Made by a program: the position numbers and the translations under genes. A DNA stretch of 64,000 nucleotides. Origin: a virus (lineage: Duplodnaviria; Caudoviricetes). Every line of letters starts with the position of its first letter. Within the stretch, counting starts at the first letter, position 1. The stretch is taken from IMG/VR virus record IMGVR_UViG_3300047375_000738. One strand, 5' to 3'. Under the pieces are notes generated by a model. The model was not told the DNA's origin. It did not search any database and was given only the letters and a program-made list of their open reading frames with translations. Shown here one piece after another: positions 36,011-46,758 of this stretch.

Positions 36011-37474
36011 TTAATTCCAATCAACTTTTTCGATAGTGAATGGGTACTGCGCCTCTTTGTAAAACTTTTTACGTTGGGTAAGGTGCCGCTTCGCAAACTT
36101 GCATGTAGATGTCAAGTCCCATATTTGCACGAAGTCTTTGTCCTTTGCCTTTCTTACACCTCTACCAATAGATTGAATTACTCTTACAAAGGACTTGCCA
36201 GGCTCCAAAAGAACCAAGTTAAAAATACGAGGAATGTTAAGACCCACGGCAGCAACTCCATAGGTCGCGATAATAACCTCATTAGTTCCTTCACGGATTG
36301 TATCATATGTTTCTTTCCTGTCTTTGTTTTTAACAGCACCGCTTACAAATGTGCTGCCTGGTATAAGTTCAGCAAGCATTTCGCCTGCGCTAATTCTATC
36401 TACTAGTATTAATGTATTGCCTGATTCTTTTACTGTGTTTAATAATTTGCCTATATATTCTATTCTTGCTGGATTGTTAACAAGATATTTTAATTCTTCT
36501 TGGTAACCGCTGTGTGCTACTGTGTCAATCAATTGTACTACATTAACATGACATTCTGACAGTACACCTTTGTCTTGTAATTCTTTTGCCGAGATGTTGC
36601 CAATTACAGGACCAAGACTAGCATGAATACTTTCAAACTCAAACTTTTCTTTAGGTACTGTACCAGTTAGTCCCCAACGTATAGGTGCATTACGTAGGTT
36701 GCGAGTGAGCAGGTTTTTAAGAACTTCTGCTTTGGCTTGGTGTACTTCGTCGACAATAATAGTGCTTACACCTTCTAGAAACTCTGCAAGTGATAACACT
36801 GCTGAGCCGTCTTTTTGCTTCTTGTCTAGAATATTTAAACTCTGCCAAGTGCAAATAGTGTGAGTCTTACCTAACATCTTCCTGTCTCCGAAGTACACCC
36901 CTACATCGAGACCGCAGTTAATATAGTCCTCTTCTGTTTGTTCTACTAACGACTTGTTAGGAACAATCACAAGACTTCTACCATACGGCTCAGTTATGTG
37001 TGACAGCGTTGCTGTGGTAATAGTTTTACCTGCGCCAGTAGCAATCTGTTGCAAGCTCTGTGGGTTATTCAAAAAGTTATTAATTGCTTCTACTTGATAG
37101 TCACGTAGAATAATATCTTCGCCTTCTGCTGGATGACCTTCTGGCCATACTACGCCTTGATCCTTCCAGTAGTTTTCTGTTACTGGTGTAAAGTCTAATT
37201 GTATAGGATGTCTATTGTCTTGAATATCAACTATTTCAACATTATTTTTTTGTAGCACTTGACTAACAGTGTCAAGATGATTAACATAGCCAGTACCGCC
37301 AATACCAAAAAAAGCAACTTTTCCATCCCAGCGACCAAGTTTATACTGTGGCATATATCGTGCGTAAGGCACTTCAAACTTGAGAGCATTCGATAACTTT
37401 CTCCGTACATCAACGTCTAGTCCTTCTAGTTTAATGTTTACTTCGTCTTCAATTATCAATCTACACGTAGCCAT
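36011..37474 (-). CDS. uvsW: SF2 helicase (UvsW-like)
   Basis: LRDYQ, ATGAGKT, DEVH, GLTGT, GLNIP, QSIGRGVR. Confidence 0.88.
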   Translation of the reverse strand: MATCRLIIEDEVNIKLEGLDVDVRRKLSNALKFEVPYARYMPQYKLGRWDGKVAFFGIGGTGYVNHLDTVSQVLQKNNVEIVDIQDNRHPIQLDFTPVTENYWKDQGVVWPEGHPAEGEDIILRDYQVEAINNFLNNPQSLQQIATGAGKTITTATLSHITEPYGRSLVIVPNKSLVEQTEEDYINCGLDVGVYFGDRKMLGKTHTICTWQSLNILDKKQKDGSAVLSLAEFLEGVSTIIVDEVHQAKAEVLKNLLTRNLRNAPIRWGLTGTVPKEKFEFESIHASLGPVIGNISAKELQDKGVLSECHVNVVQLIDTVAHSGYQEELKYLVNNPARIEYIGKLLNTVKESGNTLILVDRISAGEMLAELIPGSTFVSGAVKNKDRKETYDTIREGTNEVIIATYGVAAVGLNIPRIFNLVLLEPGKSFVRVIQSIGRGVRKAKDKDFVQIWDLTSTCKFAKRHLTQRKKFYKEAQYPFTIEKVDWN

Positions 37475-38639
37475 TTAGTCTCCATTTGTTTTTAAAAATA
37501 CTTGGGCTATCGTCGTTATATATAATAAGATCGCATAATGAATCAATATAATTTTGAACTTTATGATTGTTTCTTATACTGCTTATTGATATAGTTGCTT
37601 GAGGCTGCCAGTTATTTTTAAATAATAATTTAGGTAGTTTATCTTTACTAATATATACAACTTCTGTACTATTGTCAAGCCAATTATTTAATTTTTTATC
37701 TTTAATATAATTGTTTACATTATATTCGTCGGATGATTTAGATCTAAATAATACTGTTTGTTTTTGAGTATTAAAATTGTGTTGTTCAAATGATTCAACA
37801 AAAGCAGCAAGTTCAGTTAACGGATTGTCAGGTGAAATTATTACTAGCAACGGAAACCGTTCTAGTTTTTTTAATCCTAAAATTATTTCGTCTAAATAAA
37901 ATTCTTTTGGAGTAAGACATATTTCTGGATGCGAACGTTGTGCAATTAAATTTTCTATTGTATTATCTTTATCGCAAGTAATGTATTCAATGCCTAGTTG
38001 ACGCTTACGATCTAACAATTGCAAACGACTAAAATTTTTAGTATACATATTAGCTTTTTCAGGTAAGTTTGATAATGCATCGTTCCACAACCCTGGTACA
38101 TATTTTGAAGGGTTAGATTTGATAACTTTTATTTCTTCATACCAATCTACTAATTTTTTATCTATCTCAAATTGAGTATTAATAAATTGAGAGCAAATAT
38201 TGTCAATTGACTTTTCAGTTAACTGAAAGTAATGTTCGTGCGAACCTTTATCATGCTGATAACTAAATTTAGGAATAGCATTAATTTTCATAATATCTTT
38301 TTTACTAAACGGAAATCTAATTTTAATCCATTCAACATTTTCAATTTTAACTATCTTGATGTACTTTCTACGATCAATTTTTCTTAATGGCAATCGTAAT
38401 GATTCTAATGCTATATCAAAATTATCAAACTTATTTTCTAAAAATTGATTTTTGTATGTAGCAAGTTTTATTTTCATAAGTGCATACTGTTTATCAGTTA
38501 ACGCACTTCCTTTATAAACTTGTCTAGCAATACTATACATGATAGTCTTATCGCTTTTATCAATTTCAATGCTGGAATCGCGAGACAGCCCTGCTATAGT
38601 TTCAAGACAATCTTCAATAGTATGTAAATAATTGCTCAT
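37461..38639 (-). CDS. Hypothetical protein coupled to UvsW
   Basis: 392-aa ORF behind a TTGACA-17-TATTAT promoter. Confidence 0.65.
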   Translation of the reverse strand: MSNYLHTIEDCLETIAGLSRDSSIEIDKSDKTIMYSIARQVYKGSALTDKQYALMKIKLATYKNQFLENKFDNFDIALESLRLPLRKIDRRKYIKIVKIENVEWIKIRFPFSKKDIMKINAIPKFSYQHDKGSHEHYFQLTEKSIDNICSQFINTQFEIDKKLVDWYEEIKVIKSNPSKYVPGLWNDALSNLPEKANMYTKNFSRLQLLDRKRQLGIEYITCDKDNTIENLIAQRSHPEICLTPKEFYLDEIILGLKKLERFPLLVIISPDNPLTELAAFVESFEQHNFNTQKQTVLFRSKSSDEYNVNNYIKDKKLNNWLDNSTEVVYISKDKLPKLLFKNNWQPQATISISSIRNNHKVQNYIDSLCDLIIYNDDSPSIFKNKWRLNGYV

Positions 38640-38645
38640 AATATT

Positions 38646-38674
38646 ATAATAACAGATTATAGATAATCTGTCAA
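38646..38674 (-). promoter_or_regulatory. sigma70-type promoter with a palindromic spacer
   Basis: TTGACA-17-TATTAT; ACAGATTAT-N2-ATAATCTGT. Confidence 0.65.
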
Positions 38675-39514
38675 TCTTTTTAGTGGAATACCTTGTGATA
38701 TTTCATCTACAGTATATTCAGTATGGGCATAGTCGTTAAGCCATTGTGTTCTATCTGTCATTAATGGTTGTTCAATATCGTGTAAAAAGTCTATATCGTT
38801 GGCCACATCATAAGCAAGACTATGAGTACTAACAAAAGCAGGAACGCCTTCGATGATAGAATGTATCCCAGGATTGCTACTGTAACTGATAGTGCAATGT
38901 ATATCATTAAAGCCCATATCAAAAGAATCATAAGTGCCGTTAACATGTCGAGGCTCCTGTCTTGTTACGTGTGTAAGTCCGCGTTCTATATGTTCTAGTC
39001 TACAGCGTGGATGAGGTCGAAATATTATAGGACGGTCTGTGTGTTTACGTATTTCTTCGTATGTATTTAAGAACCAATTACTCATACGTGGCATGTCTTG
39101 CCATTGTAAACTTTTATCATGCTGCCCACATAACAAAATATATTTGCTGCTAGTACGCCATGGTTTTACTTCGAGTCCCAGTAAACGCTTACGGCTATCA
39201 TCGTTATTACTATCCCCAAAATAAGCATCTCGATTAATTCCATTTAGCCCCACCTTCCACGTCGTACCTCTTTTGATGCCGCCAACTTCGAGGACGATAA
39301 CTGGTTTACGAAGTTCACGACAACGGGTCCAAATATCTTTGTTACGAGCCATTCTACCGTGAAAAAGCACACTCCAAATAACATGGCAATCGGCATCATT
39401 AATATTATCACTATTACTAATGTTATGCCCATTAGTAATACAACTCCGCTCAAAAGCAGAAAAAACATCTTTGGAATTAAGGGCACCGTATTCTTTCCAT
39501 AATTTAAATTTCAT
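38657..39514 (-). CDS. Capsule-synthesis (KpsS/KpsC-like) protein 1
   Basis: GQHDKS, FRPHPR, TISYSSNPGIHSIIEGVPAF. Confidence 0.6.
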   Translation of the reverse strand: MKFKLWKEYGALNSKDVFSAFERSCITNGHNISNSDNINDADCHVIWSVLFHGRMARNKDIWTRCRELRKPVIVLEVGGIKRGTTWKVGLNGINRDAYFGDSNNDDSRKRLLGLEVKPWRTSSKYILLCGQHDKSLQWQDMPRMSNWFLNTYEEIRKHTDRPIIFRPHPRCRLEHIERGLTHVTRQEPRHVNGTYDSFDMGFNDIHCTISYSSNPGIHSIIEGVPAFVSTHSLAYDVANDIDFLHDIEQPLMTDRTQWLNDYAHTEYTVDEISQGIPLKRLTDYL

Positions 39515-39548
39515 AGTTAAATAGTAACATATTTATAAGGAAAAGTCA

Positions 39549-40373
39549 ATGACAATTACAGTAGTATCTACATTTCACGCACCAGTTTTGAGTTTATATG
39601 GGCAACGTTTTGTAAACAGTTTTAGTGAAAACATTGACTCTGATATTAAATTAAGATTATATGCCGAAGACTGCAATCCAGTAACCAAAGATCCACGTAT
39701 ACAAATTTTAGATGCAAAACAAAAACTTCCAAAATTAAATGCATTTAAATCAACTTGGGGAAATGTACCTAAAGCAAATGGCAAATGTCCGCCAGAGATA
39801 AAAGCTCGTCGTCCAAAAGATTGGCATAAAGAATTTAAATGGGACGCTGTACGCTTTGCTAATAAAGTATATGCTGTATTTGATGCAGCACAGCATTGTA
39901 ACACTGATTGGATTGTATGGATGGATGCTGATACATTTGTACATAGTAAATTTGACTATGCAGCATTTAAAAGTTTTTTACCTGAACGTTCTTGGCTTGC
40001 TTATATGGGCAGAGGACGCAAATGGCCAGAGTGCGGATTTTACGGAATTAATTTAAAAAATCCAGTTGGCTTAGAATTCTTAAAAGAATTTGAGCATGTG
40101 TACGAACATGCAGAGTATGGAATATTCCGTATGGAAGAATGGCACGATAGTTATGTATTTGACGAAGTACTAAAAAAGATTAAACGTAAATATCCTAACG
40201 AACCTATTAATAACATTAGTGGCAACTTGGTTAATGGTGAAGGGCACCCGATTATTAATAGTGGGCTAGGTGCTTATATTGATCATCTAAAAGGCGATCG
40301 AAAGTCAGTAGGTAAAAGTAACAAACCTAAAGATTTAATCAAGCCACGTAACGAAAGTTATTGGACAAACTGA
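39549..40373 (+). CDS. GT-A fold glycosyltransferase, paralog of 34449-35159
   Basis: RFANKV, WMDAD, ECGFY, WHDS, HLKG. Confidence 0.7.
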   Translation: MTITVVSTFHAPVLSLYGQRFVNSFSENIDSDIKLRLYAEDCNPVTKDPRIQILDAKQKLPKLNAFKSTWGNVPKANGKCPPEIKARRPKDWHKEFKWDAVRFANKVYAVFDAAQHCNTDWIVWMDADTFVHSKFDYAAFKSFLPERSWLAYMGRGRKWPECGFYGINLKNPVGLEFLKEFEHVYEHAEYGIFRMEEWHDSYVFDEVLKKIKRKYPNEPINNISGNLVNGEGHPIINSGLGAYIDHLKGDRKSVGKSNKPKDLIKPRNESYWTN

Positions 40374-41284
40374 CGCATATGTCTCCAACAAGTGCCGTCA
40401 TTTAATTCACTTAATTTCCAATGAAACATACTAATACGTTGTAGCCATGCTTCTCTGTCAAACTCTTTTGGCTTTTCTAATCTTTTAAATCCGTGGTGTG
40501 CAACTTCGGCACACTGACTTTTACTAGGATCAGTAATGAATGCAGGATACCCTTTAATAATAGGACCTACAATACTACTACTGTTATGGTTAACAACACA
40601 CCATGCGTTTTGTAAATCTGTTTCTAACGGAGTGCCTAATGGACTAATTGTTAAGTTTGGTATGTTACGTACAGGACTGCGTCTTGGGTCAAGATATACT
40701 CTTGCTTTTTTATCGCCTGGGTGTGCTCTAACTACAATATGTCTTGGGCTAAATTTACGTATTTCTTTTACAGTGTTGTGTATCCAATTTACAACATCGT
40801 AACCTCCCATACTCCAGCCTTTGTTACGTTGACAACATAATACAATATGATTGCCCCTGCGAGCATTTTCAATCCTAGCACCTGTATCTCGTTGTATTTG
40901 AGTCCATCTGTTTGGATCGATAATAGTATCACAGTAGTTTCCAGTGTTTGGAAAGATTCCATTAAAACTATATCTTAGATAACAATGTGGCTGGTTTGTT
41001 TTTGTTTGGTATAAAAACAAATTACTATCAGCAGTAACAACATGTTTGTTCTGTGTTCTATCAATTACACTTTGTCTTAGTTTTAAGTGAGGAGCATTTT
41101 TTCCAACTTCGTGTTGCCAGCCTTGTATAAGTCCTACATCGCAATCTAGTAGATTATATCCTTTATGTAATATACCAGTATCTCCCGCAGCGTTTACTCC
41201 ATTAACAAAATTTTGTAATAGTAGATACTTTTCTTTGTTATTGTTTACTGTTGGAACAACATTATAGTAACTAACGACTTTCAT
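40358..41284 (-). CDS. Capsule-synthesis (KpsS/KpsC-like) protein 2
   Basis: VRAHPGD, CVVNHNSSSIVGPIIKGYPAF. Confidence 0.6.
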   Translation of the reverse strand: MKVVSYYNVVPTVNNNKEKYLLLQNFVNGVNAAGDTGILHKGYNLLDCDVGLIQGWQHEVGKNAPHLKLRQSVIDRTQNKHVVTADSNLFLYQTKTNQPHCYLRYSFNGIFPNTGNYCDTIIDPNRWTQIQRDTGARIENARRGNHIVLCCQRNKGWSMGGYDVVNWIHNTVKEIRKFSPRHIVVRAHPGDKKARVYLDPRRSPVRNIPNLTISPLGTPLETDLQNAWCVVNHNSSSIVGPIIKGYPAFITDPSKSQCAEVAHHGFKRLEKPKEFDREAWLQRISMFHWKLSELNDGTCWRHMRQFVQ

Positions 41285-42974
41285 TTAAAATTTGCCACGC
41301 TTTTCCATTACGCATTTCTTGTGCAGTAAATTGGCAATATGAAAGGTGTGCTGCAAATGCATATGTTTCGTCTTCGCCATAGCGATTTAAATTACCTTCA
41401 ATATCAGATATTTGTGTATTACATAATGCTGTTGCTGCATTAGGTGCAAGTGCTATTGCTGGACGACGATGTAGTAGAGCTTCAGTTGCTGCAATACTAT
41501 TATATGTAACTAGACAATATGCATTATCAAGGGCTTTCCAAATTGTATCATTAGTAACTCTGTCTCTACGTATTGGTTTTTGCCTAACTATAATTCTTCT
41601 ATCAGTGTATTTTCTAATTTCGGTTGTTGTACGAGCAATCCATTTGTCGAGATCTTCGCCATAAAATTTCATAACTTTTAAACTTGGAGGACATAGTAAT
41701 ATATGCTCGCCTTCTCTATATTTTGGTAATTTATATTTTAATCTTTCAAGCCTATCAAACGGGCGTTCAATAATCGGGCCTTGTTGTTGTAGATTGTTGT
41801 ACGTAATTCGATGATATTCTTTTTTTGTTCCTGGTTGTAAGTAGCCAGTGTCGATAGCATAATAATTACGATCGTTTTCAATACAATGTTTTAGAGCTTT
41901 CTGTCCGCCGCCGCCCAGGCCGCGAATTATTAGTGTGTTGTCTGATTTTTTCTCTCTGTCAAACTCACTAATAGTTCCGTTACATCCGATAATAAAATCT
42001 TCTAAGTACGGATCGTATAATGCGTTTTTCTTACGAAGATTAAATCCATCGTCTTCGGCCGGTGCAATTGCTGCAACTTTAATACCCACGTTTCTCTCCT
42101 CAAACTTTTTTATACTTTCTTTAGATTTATAAACATGCTCGTTAGGGTCTATCCAGCTGTTTAATAAATTATGAAAATAGGTTTTAGTTTTGGCGGGCAA
42201 ATCTAAATCCATTGTAAGTTTCATCTTGTCTTTACTGCGTTCTAATTTTTTTTTTGAATTCTCTACTTGAGTTTCTAGATATCTAATTTTTCCTCTATAC
42301 CAGTCAAGTGCATATTCGCAATCTTGATATTGTTTAAACCAAGGACCGCCTTCTGTATAGTGTAATGCTTTTGGTTTACCGTCTTCTGGTTCCTTATACC
42401 ATCCAACTAACCAATTCCATTTGTGACTAATTTCGCCTACTTCGTCATCACTTAACCAACTAAATCGATGTAAAAATGCACCTGTAGTTGATTCTTTGTT
42501 TACTAACTCAGCAGTTAATCTTTCATTGCTTGGGTGTCCACAGTTGATTAGCATACAACTAGACCAGTTTTTTCTTGGATAATTATGCTGTTGCTTACCA
42601 TCCATTTTTAGTCCTTCTTTAGGTGTATAGTCGTGGTGAGCACACATTACCGCATACTTGTCGTCACACTGATCAAACAACTTAGCAATGTCTTCTAGAA
42701 ATACAAAATCACAATCTACAAATAATGCCCATCCTTTGTAATTCATCAAGTGAGGAATTAAAAATCTTGTAAAAGTAAATTCAGTTGATGCTAGTGCATC
42801 TGTTTCTCTTGTATAGATCTGTGCTTTTCTTAGGTCTCGTTGTTTTAGCGGCTCGACATGTACTGGCACAGTAGCTTTATCTAAAATAGTTTGTTTGCAT
42901 ACTTGAAACGCAATGTCTTCACGACTGTCCCATCCTACAAAAACTCTTAACTTATCTTCAATCTCTTCTTTCAA
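41271..42974 (-). CDS. Fusion: GT8-like glycosyltransferase + KpsS/KpsC-like domain
   Basis: N-term FVDCD..YPRKNWSS..WNWLVG..HYTEGGPW; C-term LVTYNSIAATEALLHRRPAIAL. Confidence 0.7.
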   Translation of the reverse strand: MKEEIEDKLRVFVGWDSREDIAFQVCKQTILDKATVPVHVEPLKQRDLRKAQIYTRETDALASTEFTFTRFLIPHLMNYKGWALFVDCDFVFLEDIAKLFDQCDDKYAVMCAHHDYTPKEGLKMDGKQQHNYPRKNWSSCMLINCGHPSNERLTAELVNKESTTGAFLHRFSWLSDDEVGEISHKWNWLVGWYKEPEDGKPKALHYTEGGPWFKQYQDCEYALDWYRGKIRYLETQVENSKKKLERSKDKMKLTMDLDLPAKTKTYFHNLLNSWIDPNEHVYKSKESIKKFEERNVGIKVAAIAPAEDDGFNLRKKNALYDPYLEDFIIGCNGTISEFDREKKSDNTLIIRGLGGGGQKALKHCIENDRNYYAIDTGYLQPGTKKEYHRITYNNLQQQGPIIERPFDRLERLKYKLPKYREGEHILLCPPSLKVMKFYGEDLDKWIARTTTEIRKYTDRRIIVRQKPIRRDRVTNDTIWKALDNAYCLVTYNSIAATEALLHRRPAIALAPNAATALCNTQISDIEGNLNRYGEDETYAFAAHLSYCQFTAQEMRNGKAWQILNESR

Positions 42975-43722
42975 TGTCGTTCTCCGTTAATTCTTTTCCA
43001 AGCCAAACTTCAATTACTTTAGCTGTATTGTTTCCAATATTAATAGCTTTGTGCCAATACGCAGTTGGTATATCTATACTATCGCCAGGTATTAGTGTAC
43101 GAGTTGTCTTTCGTCCTTCGCGGTCTTCTAGCATCATAACAATTACACCGTCAACAACATGCCAGTGTTCACTACGACTAAAATGTCGTTGATCACTAAG
43201 CGCACGACCTTCTTCAAACGACAATTCTTTTACTTGCCATTCGCCGTTGCGATCTAATATTTTATATGATCCCCATGCACGTTCAGTAACTGGCTTTTCC
43301 CAGTTACTAAGTATCCAGCTACTTGAATTCTTTTTGTCTTCGCCGCCAATACCAAAAACAAATTCTACATCTCTATTGTTGCCATACATTATTTGTTCAG
43401 GAATTTCACCTTCAACTCTATCGCCGCCGTTTGCAACAATAAGTTTACCAGTTGTTGTTTGTAAAAGATACCCAATTGCTTTTGTTGTGCCGCCGGTGTC
43501 ATCGTCTTCAACTAATATAACATCGTCAACCATTTCAAGATGTCTAACAATATTTGCACGTTCTTCAAACGGCATAAAGGCTTTGCCTTTTTTATTCTCT
43601 AACCATGTATCGCTGTTAAGTCCAACAACTAGTCTATTGCCTAATTGCTTTGCTGATTTAAAATATTCAATATGTCCAGAGTGTAGTGGATCAAATCCAC
43701 CAGTTACTAATACTGTATTCAT
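42958..43722 (-). CDS. Cytidylyltransferase + mannose-6-P isomerase-type cupin fusion
   Basis: TGGFDPLHSGH, ANGGDR, NSSS; RAWGSY, LSDQRH..SEHW. Confidence 0.85.
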   Translation of the reverse strand: MNTVLVTGGFDPLHSGHIEYFKSAKQLGNRLVVGLNSDTWLENKKGKAFMPFEERANIVRHLEMVDDVILVEDDDTGGTTKAIGYLLQTTTGKLIVANGGDRVEGEIPEQIMYGNNRDVEFVFGIGGEDKKNSSSWILSNWEKPVTERAWGSYKILDRNGEWQVKELSFEEGRALSDQRHFSRSEHWHVVDGVIVMMLEDREGRKTTRTLIPGDSIDIPTAYWHKAINIGNNTAKVIEVWLGKELTENDIERRD

Positions 43723-43737
43723 GTAGGTATTTACTTA

Positions 43738-44358
43738 CTACCAGCCGAAGATATAGTCTTTTCTGACATTAGTAATTTCTCTTGCACCGTAAGACTTTAA
43801 AAATAACCCTGCGCATTCGTCTGTATCGGCTTGTTGTTCACAAACAATAATTGGTTTATATTTTAGTATCGTTTCAATTGCACCTTTAAGAACTTCAAGT
43901 TCGTGACGTTCGCAATCAATTTTTAACAAGCCAAACTTTGGAAGATTTAAATCGTCCATTCTTTTTATATCAATTGATCCTGTGCCAACTTCGCTTACAT
44001 AGCTACCGCCTGTGTTTATATGATCGTATACCATGTTTACTTTATTGTTTGTACTACCAAGTGCAAATTTATTAATATAAACTTTTGATGGATTAACATT
44101 TCTTTCTAAACAAATATATACTTGTTCAAGTGGTTCGTATGCAAATACACGATTAAACTTTTTAGAAAGAGGTTTTGCCCACAAGCCTACATTTGCACCT
44201 ACATCAATTGCTATGTTAAAATCAGTTACATATTTGTATGCTTCGTCTCTAACATCATCTTGATATTCAGGCGGCCCGCCTTTTTTTATTCTTTTATTAA
44301 TTAGACGTTCAAAATGATCGTCTGATGTTGGCATCCAATAATTATGTACTAGTTTCAT
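43738..44358 (-). CDS. FkbM-family methyltransferase
   Basis: IDVGANVG, YEP, LKIDCERHE. Confidence 0.85.
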   Translation of the reverse strand: MKLVHNYWMPTSDDHFERLINKRIKKGGPPEYQDDVRDEAYKYVTDFNIAIDVGANVGLWAKPLSKKFNRVFAYEPLEQVYICLERNVNPSKVYINKFALGSTNNKVNMVYDHINTGGSYVSEVGTGSIDIKRMDDLNLPKFGLLKIDCERHELEVLKGAIETILKYKPIIVCEQQADTDECAGLFLKSYGAREITNVRKDYIFGW

Positions 44359-44894
44359 TTTTTGAGCACCGTAATATATTTAATAACATTTATATTAAAT
44401 TTTTGTACATAACGTTCAGTGATATTCTTGTATGTAATTGTCCAGTTGTATCTATCGAGTTGTCTTTTCCACCATTTTGGATCTTCAATAATTAAATGTG
44501 CATTGCGTCCGTCGCTTAGTTTTTTCTTTGCTGGATGACAGGCAATTAAATGATATTGATACTTTGTTGTTCTATTAAATAAATCGTCTAGTGTTTTTTC
44601 TAACATATCTATTTCAACATGTTCAAGAACATCACTACTATAAGTCATGTCAACTTGCTCAGGCAAGTCAATTGGGCTTGTCACTGGATCATATGTGTAC
44701 AACTTAATATCGGGATACTCTTTGGAAATTGCTTGTGAAAGATATCCTTTGCCACTTCCAAAATCTAAAAAGCTATTTACTTCGCCGCTATCAAGAATTT
44801 CTTTAACTATTTTAGGAATGTCAGCGCCGCTTCCAAACGCTGACTTACTGTGTAAAGTTTTTAATTGTTTTAAATATTCTGCGCTATGTGCCAT
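44355..44894 (-). CDS. Class I SAM-dependent methyltransferase
   Basis: LDFGSGKG, YDP, SDVLEHV. Confidence 0.85.
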   Translation of the reverse strand: MAHSAEYLKQLKTLHSKSAFGSGADIPKIVKEILDSGEVNSFLDFGSGKGYLSQAISKEYPDIKLYTYDPVTSPIDLPEQVDMTYSSDVLEHVEIDMLEKTLDDLFNRTTKYQYHLIACHPAKKKLSDGRNAHLIIEDPKWWKRQLDRYNWTITYKNITERYVQKFNINVIKYITVLKK

Positions 44895-45349
44895 TATAGT
44901 GATGCATCCTCCATGCCAGCAACTCTAAGTTTTACAACATTAGTAATTTGCCATTGCTTTTGATCAAGTGCTTTAAGTACGCCTAACCATTTGTTACGCA
45001 TTAGTGCAAACTCGTTGATAATCTTTTCGTAGTCAACAACGTCTGCCTCACCGTCTACGTATTTTTCAACGTCACGGCTTGACAGAGCTCGTTGATAGTT
45101 CTCAAGATATTTCTTAAAAAATGAACTACGCAATCTACGTAGTTCAATATTTAAATAGTTTAGAATTGCTTCTATTTCTTGAAGTTGGTTAAACCGCTGT
45201 TCAACAATTCCTGGCATCTCAGCTGCTGCTTTTTCAACATTACCTTTGAGTCTAACTTCACGTTTTGCTTCTACAAGTTCAGTTTCAAAATATTGTATAG
45301 CACTTGGAATTTTAGAGATATCACGTGATACATCTGAATACCATCCCAT
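44894..45349 (-). CDS. uvsY: UvsY-like recombination mediator
   Basis: Helical protein, KYVDGEADV..ALDQKQWQI; position downstream of UvsX. Confidence 0.7.
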   Translation of the reverse strand: MGWYSDVSRDISKIPSAIQYFETELVEAKREVRLKGNVEKAAAEMPGIVEQRFNQLQEIEAILNYLNIELRRLRSSFFKKYLENYQRALSSRDVEKYVDGEADVVDYEKIINEFALMRNKWLGVLKALDQKQWQITNVVKLRVAGMEDASL

Positions 45350-45573
45350 TACTCATCCCACTCTTGTTCGTCTTCGTCGTCTTCATCTTCTAAGTAGTAT
45401 TGAATTGCAGCATCTAAAAGTTTATCATTGCCAAGTGAAGATTTTAATGTCAAGTCGTCAACACCATAATCAACTAGTAAATCAACAAATTTTTCAGCTA
45501 CAAGTTCTGGCTGTTTCTTATCTAGATAGTTTTTAAATAAGTTCCAGATGTCAGCAATTTGGTCTTCATCCAT
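45349..45573 (-). CDS. Small acidic protein
   Basis: Coupled between UvsX and UvsY. Confidence 0.6.
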   Translation of the reverse strand: MDEDQIADIWNLFKNYLDKKQPELVAEKFVDLLVDYGVDDLTLKSSLGNDKLLDAAIQYYLEDEDDEDEQEWDE

Positions 45574-46705
45574 TTTCAGCAGTTTCCTCGATTAAGTTAT
45601 CATCGGTATTTACCAATTCGGCTTCTAATTCAGCTAGTTCTGCTTCTCTTGCCAACCGTTCAGCTTCTGCTTCATCGGCTGCAACTTGTGCTTCTTTAGC
45701 TGGCAAATCTGCCATAACCTTATCGAGTAATTCGCCTGTCCAACGCTTGCGGAATTCTAGAATAGGTTCGCCGTTACTCATAACATACTCGTAACGATTA
45801 CCTTTCTTTTCTAGTAGTCCTTTTGCATCCATCAAGTCAAACATACCTGAATATGGATCCATACCTGTTTCATATGGAATCTCAACTTGTACACTTTCAA
45901 ACGGTTTGTTGTAACGTGTTTTCATTACTTTACACGCTGCTCTAATACCATGTACTTGTGATGTTTTGTTGCCGTCTGCATCCACTTTAAGTTTAAGTTT
46001 CTTCATAGCAACAACCATACTACTTGCATACACAAAACCCGAACCACCTGAGATCTTGTCATCTGGATCAAACATATCTTGCGATGCATACGTGTGGTTA
46101 GTTACACACATGCCTACATTGTAACTACCAAACATGTTAACACAGTTAGTTACAAGTGCTTTAAGTGCTTTTGCCTTACGACCAAAGTCGCCCTTCATAT
46201 CACCTTTTTGGAACTGGTCCATTTCAGTAGGCGACATAAGCATACCAAGTGAGTCAACTACAAACAATACTTTTGGACGATCTTCTTCGTTCATTGCTTT
46301 GTAGTCTTCCATAAATGTACTAACTGTTTTAGCAACATCATCAATCATTGCCATATTAAGTTTAAGTAATTTACTTTCGTCTGTGTCTACCTTTAGTGCT
46401 TGTAGCCAAGTTTCGTCAAGTGCATTTTCACTGTCAATAAGGACAACAAAGATACCTTGGTCTTGTGCGTATTTTACAATATTACCTGACACAATATAAG
46501 ATTTGCCTGCACCTGATTCGCCTGCAAATACCGACACCTTGCCTAGCGGAATACCTTTTTGAAAGTCACCACTTAGCAAATAGTTAAGTGCAAAGTTACC
46601 TGTACTAATCCAATCAGTTGGATCGTTGAAACCTGCACTCATACCCGTAATAGATTTTGTCAACGAATTACGGAATTTCGTTGGATCGAATGTTTTACTG
46701 ACCAT
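45566..46705 (-). CDS. uvsX: RecA/UvsX recombinase
   Basis: AGESGAGKS, DSENA, VVDSLGM, NHTY, SGGSG. Confidence 0.92.
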   Translation of the reverse strand: MVSKTFDPTKFRNSLTKSITGMSAGFNDPTDWISTGNFALNYLLSGDFQKGIPLGKVSVFAGESGAGKSYIVSGNIVKYAQDQGIFVVLIDSENALDETWLQALKVDTDESKLLKLNMAMIDDVAKTVSTFMEDYKAMNEEDRPKVLFVVDSLGMLMSPTEMDQFQKGDMKGDFGRKAKALKALVTNCVNMFGSYNVGMCVTNHTYASQDMFDPDDKISGGSGFVYASSMVVAMKKLKLKVDADGNKTSQVHGIRAACKVMKTRYNKPFESVQVEIPYETGMDPYSGMFDLMDAKGLLEKKGNRYEYVMSNGEPILEFRKRWTGELLDKVMADLPAKEAQVAADEAEAERLAREAELAELEAELVNTDDNLIEETAENG

Positions 46706-46730
46706 TGTTTCTCCTATCTAAAAAGCGTAA

Positions 46731-46748
46731 TGGGGGATTGCTCCCCCA
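46731..46748 (-). terminator. Hairpin terminator after gp32
   Basis: TGGGGGA-GCAA-TCCCCCA on minus strand. Confidence 0.6.
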
Positions 46749-46758
46749 CTATAGTTTA

